Virus record (IMG/VR): IMGVR_UViG_3300033070_001371
Span: 32,001-96,000 of that record
Source: a virus
Lineage: Duplodnaviria; Caudoviricetes
Reading direction: 5' to 3' (one strand)
DNA length: 64,000 nucleotides
Shown here: piece after piece, positions 37,234 through 45,732 of the stretch
How positions within the stretch are numbered: the stretch's first letter is position 1
Layout: the number at the start of each line of letters is the position of its first letter
The notes under the pieces: generated by a model
What the model saw: only the letters and a program-made list of their open reading frames with translations
Told to the model about the DNA's origin: nothing
Databases searched by the model: none
Made by a program: the position numbers and the translations under genes

Positions 37234-37975
37234 CGCCGTAAAGACCCGCGAGGCGCGGGCGCTCTGGGGTGCCGTGAAAGCGGCTGCGGTGCGTCGCGGA
37301 CCTGCGCTGCTCGACGGCCTCGCGTCCCTCGCGCTGGAAGCGTGGGCGACGAGTGACGCCGGCACCAAGCTCAGCGAAGACCGCGCGACGCGCGAGGCGT
37401 TCGTCGCGTCGCTTGTCGGTGCCGCCCTTGTCGACGCAACGCTCGACAAGCTGGCTGCCGAAGGCGCGTACACCACACCTGAAGTCGAGTTCTTGCGGGA
37501 CCTGAACGCAGAAGCTGCTCTACGTGATCTCGCCCGCTTCCAGAAGAACGCAGGGTTCGCGTCGAGTCTGCTCGCCGCAATCAAAAGCCACCCTGCCGCT
37601 GTAGGTTCGGTCGGAGGCGGTCTCGCGGGTGCGGGATTCGGCGCCTACGCCGATGACGACGATCGCCTGCGAGGCGCACTGCGCTTCGGCCTTCCAGGCG
37701 CAGCAATGGGTGCGATGCTCGGACACGGGGCAGGACAACTCAGCGCCGAGATGCGCGAGGAGCGCGCCGCTGACGCCGCAAAGGCACTCGAAGGTACTCG
37801 CGCACAAGAACTGCACGCTGCACGGCTCAAGGCGCTCGCACAGCAGGCGAAGGATCGCAAGCGCACGGCCGTCGAGATCGCGCGCGACGCAGAACTTCAT
37901 GCGGCGCGACTGAAGCTCATGAAGGCGCAGACCGAAGCCGCGAACCGCGCAGGCAAGTCGCGCGTTCGTCCCTAG
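37223..37975 (+). CDS. Glycine-zipper putative virion protein
   Basis: GSVGGGLAGAGFG and GAAMGAMLGHG; ELHAARLK repeated twice. Confidence 0.65.
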   Translation: MNANAVKTREARALWGAVKAAAVRRGPALLDGLASLALEAWATSDAGTKLSEDRATREAFVASLVGAALVDATLDKLAAEGAYTTPEVEFLRDLNAEAALRDLARFQKNAGFASSLLAAIKSHPAAVGSVGGGLAGAGFGAYADDDDRLRGALRFGLPGAAMGAMLGHGAGQLSAEMREERAADAAKALEGTRAQELHAARLKALAQQAKDRKRTAVEIARDAELHAARLKLMKAQTEAANRAGKSRVRP

Positions 37976-38011
37976 TACGTCGCTGCCCAGCAGTCGTATC
38001 TTTCCCTCGCG

Positions 38012-39919
38012 ATGGACAAGCTCCTGGAATTGGACGAACGCTTCCCCAAGACAGGGGAGCCAACGGTGCAGCTGGTCGCGTGGCGCGGAGCGCGCGGCGG
38101 CCTGAGCATCGAGAAGCGCGCATTCACCGAGAGCCGTTCACCGCTCTACGACTTTCTCTCCACGGTGCAGCCTGAAGCTGGCGTCTCGTACATCCTCGTC
38201 AACGCGCTCGGCGCGTACGAGTTCTACGACGACAATCGCAACGGCGACGGCTTCCCGAACGCGCCGTACAAGGTCGGCGAGCTCGCGGCGTGCGGGCATC
38301 CAGAGTGCACTGGATCGCTCGACGGCTGGATCGCAGAGCCCGAGACGCTCCACCACCACTACCAGTCGTTCGAGAAGCACGGCGGCATCTACAAGCACCA
38401 CGTCAACAAGGACCCGACGAAGTCGCTGGGCTGGATCAACAAGGCGCTGCTCAACCCGTACATGCACCGGGTCGAGCTGCTGCTGAAGTTCGTCAACGGC
38501 CGCGACCCGGAGATCGCCCAGCGCATCGGCGACGGCGACTTCCCCGCCGTGTCGATGGGGTGTCACGTGCGCTGGGATGTCTGCACGATCTGCGGACACC
38601 GCGCCCCGACGCGCGCGCAGTACTGCGAGCACGCGCTGCGCATGCTGCGACGGGTGTTGCCCGACGGTCGCAAGGTCGCGGTGCTCAACCCGAGCCCGAA
38701 GTTCTTCGACATCAGCTTCGTTTTCCGACCGGCGGACCCCACGGGCTGGATGATGAAGAAGGTCGCGGGCGAAGCGCCGCTGCGCTACAGCGCCGACCTC
38801 GGCGAGCAGCTGCGCGCGTACGAGGCCCGCGCGATCAAGATCCGCACCGGTCGCGAGAAGACGGCCGAAGCCCTCGGCGGATCTTACGGCGTACAGGCCG
38901 CGAGCCTAGTGCGCGAGTGGCCGCGTCTACCAGACGCCGTCTACGCGGCAGCCAAGACGGCGGGCGTGACGAGCACGCTGGCGTCGCTCGCGGCGTGCGG
39001 CGTCGTGCTTGCGACGGGTGAAGTTATCGACCTGTTCGCGAAGTCGGCGGGCGTCACGCCGACCGATGCCGACTTGGACCGGCTTGTCGCACTGGAGCCT
39101 GTGCTGACCGAAGTCGTAGCGCGCTACCCCGAGGTCGAAACGAAGCTCGGCTCGCTGGTCGCGTTGCGCGTCGATGCCGTGCGAGACGAACTCGTTGATC
39201 CGCTCGGAGGGTGGGTCGAAAAGCGCGGGGGCCTCGCCGACTACCTCCGCCAGCATGCGTACGCGCCGAGCGAATTGGGGCAGCTACCGATCGGTCCGGG
39301 CGCGTACTACCGCGCAACCGAGCCGGCGAAGACCGATATGTTCACGCTCTCCGATCCGTATACAGGTCGTCAGTACCAGACGACGCGGGGCGCAGCGATG
39401 GCGGCGCACGACGAGGACGTGAAAGCACAGCTCGGCTCGACCGCGCTGCTCGGCGCGCTCTACGCAGGCGGCCTGCGCGCCGCGCTCGGCCCTGGAGCCG
39501 GTGTGTGGTCGCTGCCGGCGGGCCTCGCGGCGGGGTACGCAACGCATCGCGCGCTGCGCAAGCGCTTCCGTCCCTACCGCTACAGCCGATACATCACCGA
39601 CCAAGGCGTCCCCGTGTCGGGCGGAACGGAGTTCGTGAAGGTCTCGGCGTTCGAGCGCCCCGCGCGCGCCGACGTCGTGCACAAGGCCGCGTTTGACCTC
39701 GTCGAACGTGTCGGCCGTGCGGACTACGACGCCTTGCTGGCAAAGATTGCCCGCGACGGCGGCGCTGCTTACGCGCGGTGGCTCGCGGAAACCCCGCTGA
39801 GTGAAAAAGTCGCCGCGCTCGTCGCGGGTGCGGAGATCGAAACCGGCGACGCGCACGGCGCGCCGGGTCTGAATGTCGCGCGACTCGTCTCGAACATCAG
39901 TCGCTGCGTTTGGCGCTGA
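38012..39919 (+). CDS. Probable prohead protease with a long C-terminal extension
   Basis: NRNGDGF, YKHHVNK, VSMGCHV..CTICG..CEH, FFDISFV resemble serine-type prohead proteases; lies upstream of the capsid genes. Confidence 0.65.
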   Translation: MDKLLELDERFPKTGEPTVQLVAWRGARGGLSIEKRAFTESRSPLYDFLSTVQPEAGVSYILVNALGAYEFYDDNRNGDGFPNAPYKVGELAACGHPECTGSLDGWIAEPETLHHHYQSFEKHGGIYKHHVNKDPTKSLGWINKALLNPYMHRVELLLKFVNGRDPEIAQRIGDGDFPAVSMGCHVRWDVCTICGHRAPTRAQYCEHALRMLRRVLPDGRKVAVLNPSPKFFDISFVFRPADPTGWMMKKVAGEAPLRYSADLGEQLRAYEARAIKIRTGREKTAEALGGSYGVQAASLVREWPRLPDAVYAAAKTAGVTSTLASLAACGVVLATGEVIDLFAKSAGVTPTDADLDRLVALEPVLTEVVARYPEVETKLGSLVALRVDAVRDELVDPLGGWVEKRGGLADYLRQHAYAPSELGQLPIGPGAYYRATEPAKTDMFTLSDPYTGRQYQTTRGAAMAAHDEDVKAQLGSTALLGALYAGGLRAALGPGAGVWSLPAGLAAGYATHRALRKRFRPYRYSRYITDQGVPVSGGTEFVKVSAFERPARADVVHKAAFDLVERVGRADYDALLAKIARDGGAAYARWLAETPLSEKVAALVAGAEIETGDAHGAPGLNVARLVSNISRCVWR

Positions 39920-39943
39920 CTACCCTACGGAAGGAGAGCCACC

Positions 39944-40540
39944 ATGAACCTCGAAGACACGCTCCACAAGAAGATGCCGAAGAACGCCAGCGCGCAGCCC
40001 ACCGCTGCGCCCGACGGCAAGCCTGCCACCAAGACGGCGAGCGCAGTGGCCGACGCGCTCGCGTCCGTGACGCAGCCCTCCACCAAGACGGCGGCCGAGA
40101 CGAGCCCGGCGGGTGCGGCGGCCCCTCTGTTCGACAAGCTCGCGGCAGAGCTCGCGGCGCAGGACCAGGAGGGCTCGCTCAAGCTGGCTCAGCTCTACGG
40201 CGCCAGCATCGCAGACGGATTCATGTCGCAGCTCGGCATGTACGAGAAGGTCGCCGAGAGCCTCGTCTCGCAGCAGGCCGAGAAGGTCGCAGGCGCGGCG
40301 GGCACGCGCCAGGGTGACGTGTATCTCGACCCCGAGATGGTCGCGCTCGTGAAGGAGGCACAGGAGAACCCGCGCGCCTTTCTCGCGCGTGTGCAAAAGG
40401 CGGCCGAAGCCGAAGAAGCACAGCTCAAGGAGGCCGAGGACAAGGAAGCCGCCGAGCTGGAGCAGGTGGTCCAGGTCAAGGCCGCCGAGCACTACGCCCA
40501 CGGCTACGAGATCGGCAAGCTCTTGGTGGGCGCGGGATGA
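39944..40540 (+). CDS. Putative scaffold/core protein
   Basis: Helical, acidic, ten K-x-A sites in 198 aa; strong RBS. Confidence 0.7.
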   Translation: MNLEDTLHKKMPKNASAQPTAAPDGKPATKTASAVADALASVTQPSTKTAAETSPAGAAAPLFDKLAAELAAQDQEGSLKLAQLYGASIADGFMSQLGMYEKVAESLVSQQAEKVAGAAGTRQGDVYLDPEMVALVKEAQENPRAFLARVQKAAEAEEAQLKEAEDKEAAELEQVVQVKAAEHYAHGYEIGKLLVGAG

Positions 40541-40725
40541 ACGCCGAACGCCGCCAAGCGCTGATCGAGGCGCACCGCGACCTGCGCAAGGAGGCGTTCG
40601 AGGCCGTCGCTCCGAAGGTCGCGGAGTACTTCCGTGACGCCGAAGCCGCACTCGGAGAAGCGAAGCACGCTTCCGAGAGTGCGGCCTTCGATCCCACCCT
40701 CCGCCGCCACCTCGTGGAGCCGTAG
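40537..40725 (+). CDS. Small putative head protein
   Basis: ATGA-coupled; three K-x-A sites in 62 aa. Confidence 0.6.
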   Translation: MNAERRQALIEAHRDLRKEAFEAVAPKVAEYFRDAEAALGEAKHASESAAFDPTLRRHLVEP

Positions 40726-41106
40726 ATGCCAACCCTCGACGAAACCCTGCGCACGCTGCCCCGGGCGTCTCGCCCGACAACCAAGACCGCTTCCGTGCTA
40801 CCGGAGTCGCTCGCGGGACAGGTGCGAGCCCTGGCTGGCGCGCTGCGCGACCTGCCCGAGCCTCGAATCACGTGGGGGAGCCTGAACGCCGTAAAGATGG
40901 CAGGCTTCCGCTCACCGCCGCCCGCGCCCCCCGCGCGAGAGGTACCGGAGGACGACGACCGTCCCAGTGCGCCGCTGCGAAAGTTGGCGCACGCCGTACG
41001 GAGCGCCGAGGACTTGCGTGCCGTACAGCTCTTCGAGAAGTCCGCCCTCGCGCTGCGTGCGGTGCGGGGTCTTACACTCCTTCGCGAACGGATCTCGTCG
41101 CCATGA
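40726..41106 (+). CDS. Small putative head protein
   Basis: Abuts the previous stop; four K-x-A sites. Confidence 0.6.
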   Translation: MPTLDETLRTLPRASRPTTKTASVLPESLAGQVRALAGALRDLPEPRITWGSLNAVKMAGFRSPPPAPPAREVPEDDDRPSAPLRKLAHAVRSAEDLRAVQLFEKSALALRAVRGLTLLRERISSP

Positions 41107-41489
41107 CCACCGCGCTCACCAAGATCGCCTCCGCCCTGGACCTGCTCGCTGATGAACTCGACGCGCAGCCCGTCGCGGCGCCTCCGGCCGCAACGCCGGA
41201 AGCGAAGACTGCCAGCAGCGTGGACCTCATGCGCGAGCTGTACCGACAGCACACTGGCGAAGACCTTCCTGCCGCTGTACGGGACAAGCTCGCGGCGGCC
41301 GACGACCCTGAGATGCAATCTGTCTTCGGCAAGATGTTGAAGACGGCTGCGCCTGAGCGCCCGACGCCCCTGGGCGCGCCGAGTGAAACGCGTGCCCTCG
41401 ACGCAGCGCCCGCAAACAGCGCCGAAGCCACCAAGCTGGCGTGGGACGCGTTCGAGGACACCATCCTCAACGGGACCGACAACGACTGA
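41103..41489 (+). CDS. Putative scaffold-like protein
   Basis: ATGA-coupled; five K-x-A sites in 128 aa. Confidence 0.65.
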   Translation: MTTALTKIASALDLLADELDAQPVAAPPAATPEAKTASSVDLMRELYRQHTGEDLPAAVRDKLAAADDPEMQSVFGKMLKTAAPERPTPLGAPSETRALDAAPANSAEATKLAWDAFEDTILNGTDND

Positions 41490-41548
41490 AGCGACGACCC
41501 GCGCCGCGCCTCCGCGACGACTAACATCCACGACGAGGTAGTGATCCA

Positions 41549-42067
41549 ATGAAGCTCAACTCGAACTACGACCTGATCTCCGCAGAGCCGAACCCGGGCG
41601 GCCGTGCCGCGCTGTGGATCTCGGACGCTCTTGCGCAGGAAGCTGCCACCGCGATCGACGCAGGCATCGGCGTCACCACGCCCGACACGCAAGGCACCCC
41701 CCAACCGGGTACCGTGGTGCCCGGCATGTGCGTGGCGCTCAACGGCAACGGCTACTGGGACCTCGCGACGTCGCCGACGCTCGGCACGCCCTCTCTGCCC
41801 CTCGCGATGGGCTTCGTGCACGGCGGCGACGACGACTACGACGGCGCCATGCTCGGCAAGCTCGTCGTGCTCACCGGCACTGCTGAGTTCCTGACGGACC
41901 AGTTCAACGGAGCGAGCTTCCCGCCGGGCACCCCGCTGGTCGCGAACGCCGGCAAGTTCGAGGCGAAGACCAACGCCGCGTCGACCCTCCAAGTCGTGGG
42001 CTTCGTCGGCAACCGTGGTCTCGCCAATGGCGTCCTCCACGTGATGTTCTCCGGGCTGCGAGGCTGA
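41549..42067 (+). CDS. Probable capsid decoration/cement protein
   Basis: Small beta-rich protein (GKLVVL.G, PGTPLV..GK) immediately upstream of the MCP. Confidence 0.6.
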   Translation: MKLNSNYDLISAEPNPGGRAALWISDALAQEAATAIDAGIGVTTPDTQGTPQPGTVVPGMCVALNGNGYWDLATSPTLGTPSLPLAMGFVHGGDDDYDGAMLGKLVVLTGTAEFLTDQFNGASFPPGTPLVANAGKFEAKTNAASTLQVVGFVGNRGLANGVLHVMFSGLRG

Positions 42068-42137
42068 TCGCGCGCTCGCGCGGTCGACACACAATCGAGG
42101 GCACTAACCTCTACAACGAGATCGGGAGACGACGACG

Positions 42138-43061
42138 ATGTACAACACCGAGACGGTCCAGGCCAACGCAACGGCGTTGAACCAGAAGTTCGTGAGCATG
42201 CTCAGCTCCGGCAACACCAAGCTCGCGGAGGAGGCCGGCACGGCGTTCATCCGCTCGATCGTCCGCCAGGAAGCGGCGGTCCGCATGGTGCTGCCCCCGC
42301 AGCCCCTCCAGGACGACGAGATCGACCGCGACGTCGACTCGGACGAGCCGCGCAAGATCGTGGAGAAGGAGCCTGACAGCTCCGCCACGTACGTGCAGTT
42401 CGACGGCACGCCGCGCGCGCGCTGGTTCCGTGGCAAGCGCTACGTGGTCTACTTCGGCAAGACCCAGAGCGACTTGTTCACGAAGAGCAAGTTCAAGCTG
42501 ATGTCGTACCAGAACGACATCCGCAAGATCTTGGCGGACAACTCGGTGAAGGACCTCGCCGACCAGGAAGACCTGTACTTCCGCCGCACGTGCCTCACGC
42601 TCGTGAACCGCAACTCGGCGAACCAGCGTACCAGCGTGGGCGCGTTCACGAACGGCGCGTTCGTGAAGGGCTTCCAAGCGATGGACAACCGTCGCCGCCC
42701 CATCGGCAAGATGCTCATGACCAACTCGCTGTACCGGGAGGCGATGAACCTCCCGGCCACGCTGATCGGCGACTCGATCGCGCGGAAGCACTACGAGGAG
42801 GGCATCGACAAGGAAGAGCGCCTCTGGGGAATTCCGGTCATCACGACCGCGAAGACCGACATCTACAACCCGCGCGAGTGCTGGATCTTCAGTCCGCAGA
42901 ACTTCCTGGGGAACTTCTTCCTCCTCCAGGACGCGACGCTCTTCATCGAGCAGCGCGCGGACATCATCACGTTCTTCTCGTACGCCGCGCCCGGCATCGG
43001 CATCGGCAACGCCGAGTCGATGCAGCAGCTGGTGTTCGACACCCCGCCCTCCTCGATCTGA
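42138..43061 (+). CDS. Major capsid protein (HK97-like fold, inferred)
   Basis: 307 aa, very strong codon bias, position after protease/scaffold/decoration genes, DQED..F and LWGIPVI patterns. Confidence 0.72.
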   Translation: MYNTETVQANATALNQKFVSMLSSGNTKLAEEAGTAFIRSIVRQEAAVRMVLPPQPLQDDEIDRDVDSDEPRKIVEKEPDSSATYVQFDGTPRARWFRGKRYVVYFGKTQSDLFTKSKFKLMSYQNDIRKILADNSVKDLADQEDLYFRRTCLTLVNRNSANQRTSVGAFTNGAFVKGFQAMDNRRRPIGKMLMTNSLYREAMNLPATLIGDSIARKHYEEGIDKEERLWGIPVITTAKTDIYNPRECWIFSPQNFLGNFFLLQDATLFIEQRADIITFFSYAAPGIGIGNAESMQQLVFDTPPSSI

Positions 43062-43099
43062 TCGCTGAGCCGCTGAGGCCGTAGGGCTATCCTTCGGGT

Positions 43100-43480
43100 A
43101 TGCCCTACGCCTCCGACCGCCAGCGTCGCTTCTTCCACACCGCCACCGCGCGAAAGCACGGCATCACGCCCGCCATGGTGCGTGAATACGACGAGGCGTC
43201 GCGCGGCAAGGACCTCCCCGAAAAGGCCGAGAAGAAGGCCGAGGGCGCCTCCGACGGCGCGACAAGCGGCGTCTCGACGACCGTTGCAGCGCCAAAGCCG
43301 CCGTCGTCGAGCGGCGCGCCGCAGTACAAGAGCGAGGCTGCGAAGGGTGGCCCGCTCCGATTGCCGTGGCCCGGCGACTACAAGCAGAACTTTCTCGAAT
43401 CCTCCGCGTCGGCGGCGCAGCGCTCAACCGCCGACAAGTTCCAGGACGGCGAACGCACGACGATGCCGGTGACGCGATGA
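43100..43480 (+). CDS. Small virion-associated protein (MPxxSxxQ..LPEK type)
   Basis: MPYASDRQRRFF..EYD..KDLPEK; leaderless start. Confidence 0.6.
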   Translation: MPYASDRQRRFFHTATARKHGITPAMVREYDEASRGKDLPEKAEKKAEGASDGATSGVSTTVAAPKPPSSSGAPQYKSEAAKGGPLRLPWPGDYKQNFLESSASAAQRSTADKFQDGERTTMPVTR

Positions 43481-44154
43481 CGCCCACCGAGCGCCGCGTC
43501 CGCCACCTCGTGCCCGTGGCCGAGGGAACCGGGGCCGCCTACCCGGCGAGTCGCTCCAACGGAGCGTCGCGCAAGGAGCAGGTGCCCCTGGAGGTCGGCA
43601 CGTCGTTCGACGCCAACGACTTCTTCAACTGGTATGACCGCCCCGTCGACGAGGGGCCTCCATACGCCGTAAAGGGCGCCGCCCACGCCCACGACCGCAT
43701 GGAGGAGCGCACCCCGTTCGCGCGCAGCAACGTCCGCCCGCTCCAGCGCGCGGTCGACGCCCTCGGGCTACCGCCGGGCAGCTACCACGTGCCGTTACGC
43801 GGCCAAGACGGAACCGTGCTCGGTTACGCCCAGTTCAAGGCTGTACCCGGGCGCAACCACCCAGTGCTTGCGACAGTGCTCGGGCGCGAGATGAGCCCGA
43901 GCGGAGCCGACGTAACGACCCTCGTAAAATCAGCAGGGCCTACGCCTGAAACGAATGTCGCACCGATAGCCGAGGGCAAGTTTGACACCGACCACATCGA
44001 CCCTCGTCCCCCGGAGTCACGCGCGTGGAACCTCGCGCACCGTCTGGCGGGCCGCGACGAGACGAAGCGCTACGCAATCCGGCGGGCCTTCGACCATATG
44101 GCCGAACCGACGGGCGACGCGCAGGAGTCGCCGGTGGAGTCGCCACAACCATGA
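43477..44154 (+). CDS. Putative head-cargo protein with a possible RelE/BECR-like module
   Basis: HAHDRMEER..LATVL segment flanked by VKGA and VKSA. Confidence 0.55.
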   Translation: MTPTERRVRHLVPVAEGTGAAYPASRSNGASRKEQVPLEVGTSFDANDFFNWYDRPVDEGPPYAVKGAAHAHDRMEERTPFARSNVRPLQRAVDALGLPPGSYHVPLRGQDGTVLGYAQFKAVPGRNHPVLATVLGREMSPSGADVTTLVKSAGPTPETNVAPIAEGKFDTDHIDPRPPESRAWNLAHRLAGRDETKRYAIRRAFDHMAEPTGDAQESPVESPQP

Positions 44155-44975
44155 ACCTCAAGATCACTCGCTTGAGCGCATTGTTCCCGTACGGATACTT
44201 CGTGCAGTGGACGATCGACGACGTCACGCCCTCCGAGAGCGGCGTATTTCAGTTCTCGCTCTACCGGAGCGGCGGCCCCGAAGGCCCGTGGGAGTTGTTG
44301 TTCAGTGGAAACGATCAGTACTCGTTCAACGACAAGTTCAACGCGGTCACATCCACGTTTGACGAGCTTCAGCCAAACTCGCTACGACTCTTCCAAGAGG
44401 TCCACTATCGCGTTGTATGTCGCTTGCCGTCAGGCGCGACGCTAGAGACAAAGGAGGAGACTGGGCCTGTCTTCACAGATCGAAAGATGTCTCAGTACCT
44501 ACGCAAGACGCAGCGCGACTTCCGACTCACCTTGAAGTTCAACGGCACCCGCGTCGTGCTGCTCAAGAAACGGCGCTGGGGCGTACGGTGCCTGAAGTGC
44601 ACTGACAAACGCACCAAAGAGGTCGTACGGCCGAACTGTGCGGAGTGCTGGGGAACCGGCTTCGTCGGCGGCTACTGGTCGCCGTTCGTGACGTACGCCC
44701 GCAGCAACGTCACGGCCAACACGTCGTCCGTCGGTCCGAACCAGAAGAGCGACGCCAACGACGGATCGTTCTGGCTGCCCGACTACCCAACCCTGGAGCG
44801 CGACGACATCCTCGTGCGGCTATCAGACAACCGCCGCTTCCGCCTCGACCAGCAGGTCGAGACCCAGATCCAGCTGAACTCCGCGCACCAGGAGGTCTCG
44901 GGCCAGGAGCTGCCGCACGACCACGTACTCTATCGGTACCCACTGAACCCCAACGCCATCGAGCCGCTGTACTGA
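44151..44975 (+). CDS. Probable neck/head-completion protein
   Basis: Position after the MCP; N-terminal beta domain; CLKC..CAECWGTGFVGGY. Confidence 0.6.
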   Translation: MNLKITRLSALFPYGYFVQWTIDDVTPSESGVFQFSLYRSGGPEGPWELLFSGNDQYSFNDKFNAVTSTFDELQPNSLRLFQEVHYRVVCRLPSGATLETKEETGPVFTDRKMSQYLRKTQRDFRLTLKFNGTRVVLLKKRRWGVRCLKCTDKRTKEVVRPNCAECWGTGFVGGYWSPFVTYARSNVTANTSSVGPNQKSDANDGSFWLPDYPTLERDDILVRLSDNRRFRLDQQVETQIQLNSAHQEVSGQELPHDHVLYRYPLNPNAIEPLY

Positions 44976-44976
44976 C

Positions 44977-45678
44977 ATGACCGACGTCCGACCCTTCTTC
45001 GGCACCGCCCGCGTCGACGACCAGCACCCCGACATCTTCCCTGGGTCGCCGATGGCGCTCGTCGCCGTGTTCACCAACTGCCTCCAGGCGCGCTTCAGCG
45101 GCGCGAACGCGCACGACAACCCGTACGTCTGGGGGCCTGACGCGCAGCCACTGCGCCCCGAGGACGGACAGACCCGGATCTACATCGAAAGCCAGTACAC
45201 CGATGAGCCCGACGCGCGCGACCGTACACCTGCGCTACTCGTCGAAAAGGGCGTCACGCAACCGCAGCAAGTCGTGCTCGGTAACCGCGCTGACATCGAC
45301 CGCCCGTCGATGACCGAGCTGTTCATCGCGTGGGCCAACGTGCCGATCTCGGTCCTGTGCACAGCAGAGAATCGCGGCACGTCAGCGACGCTGGCGGACG
45401 TGGTGTTCGCATTCTTCTTCGGGTCGAAGAACCACATCCGACAGGCGTTCAACATCCACGACCTCTCCTCGCCGACGATCAGCGACACGCAGCCGTACCG
45501 TCCGGCGAGCAGCAACGTCGAGACGTGGGTGACTACCGTCACGATGACCGCGATGATCAAGTTCGCGTGGCGCACACGCCCGATCGCACCCCTGCTCAAA
45601 GAGATCGCCGCGAAGATGGACTTCGGCAACGGCGATGGGTTCGAGCTGCGCGCCCTCGACCTGCGCAACGCGCGATGA
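44977..45678 (+). CDS. Probable tail completion/terminator protein
   Basis: Immediately upstream of the sheath; PALLV strand pattern. Confidence 0.55.
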   Translation: MTDVRPFFGTARVDDQHPDIFPGSPMALVAVFTNCLQARFSGANAHDNPYVWGPDAQPLRPEDGQTRIYIESQYTDEPDARDRTPALLVEKGVTQPQQVVLGNRADIDRPSMTELFIAWANVPISVLCTAENRGTSATLADVVFAFFFGSKNHIRQAFNIHDLSSPTISDTQPYRPASSNVETWVTTVTMTAMIKFAWRTRPIAPLLKEIAAKMDFGNGDGFELRALDLRNAR

Positions 45679-45732
45679 ACCTCACGCCGTAAAGAGATCC
45701 TATCTTTCAGCCGACACCGGAGAGGACACCAC

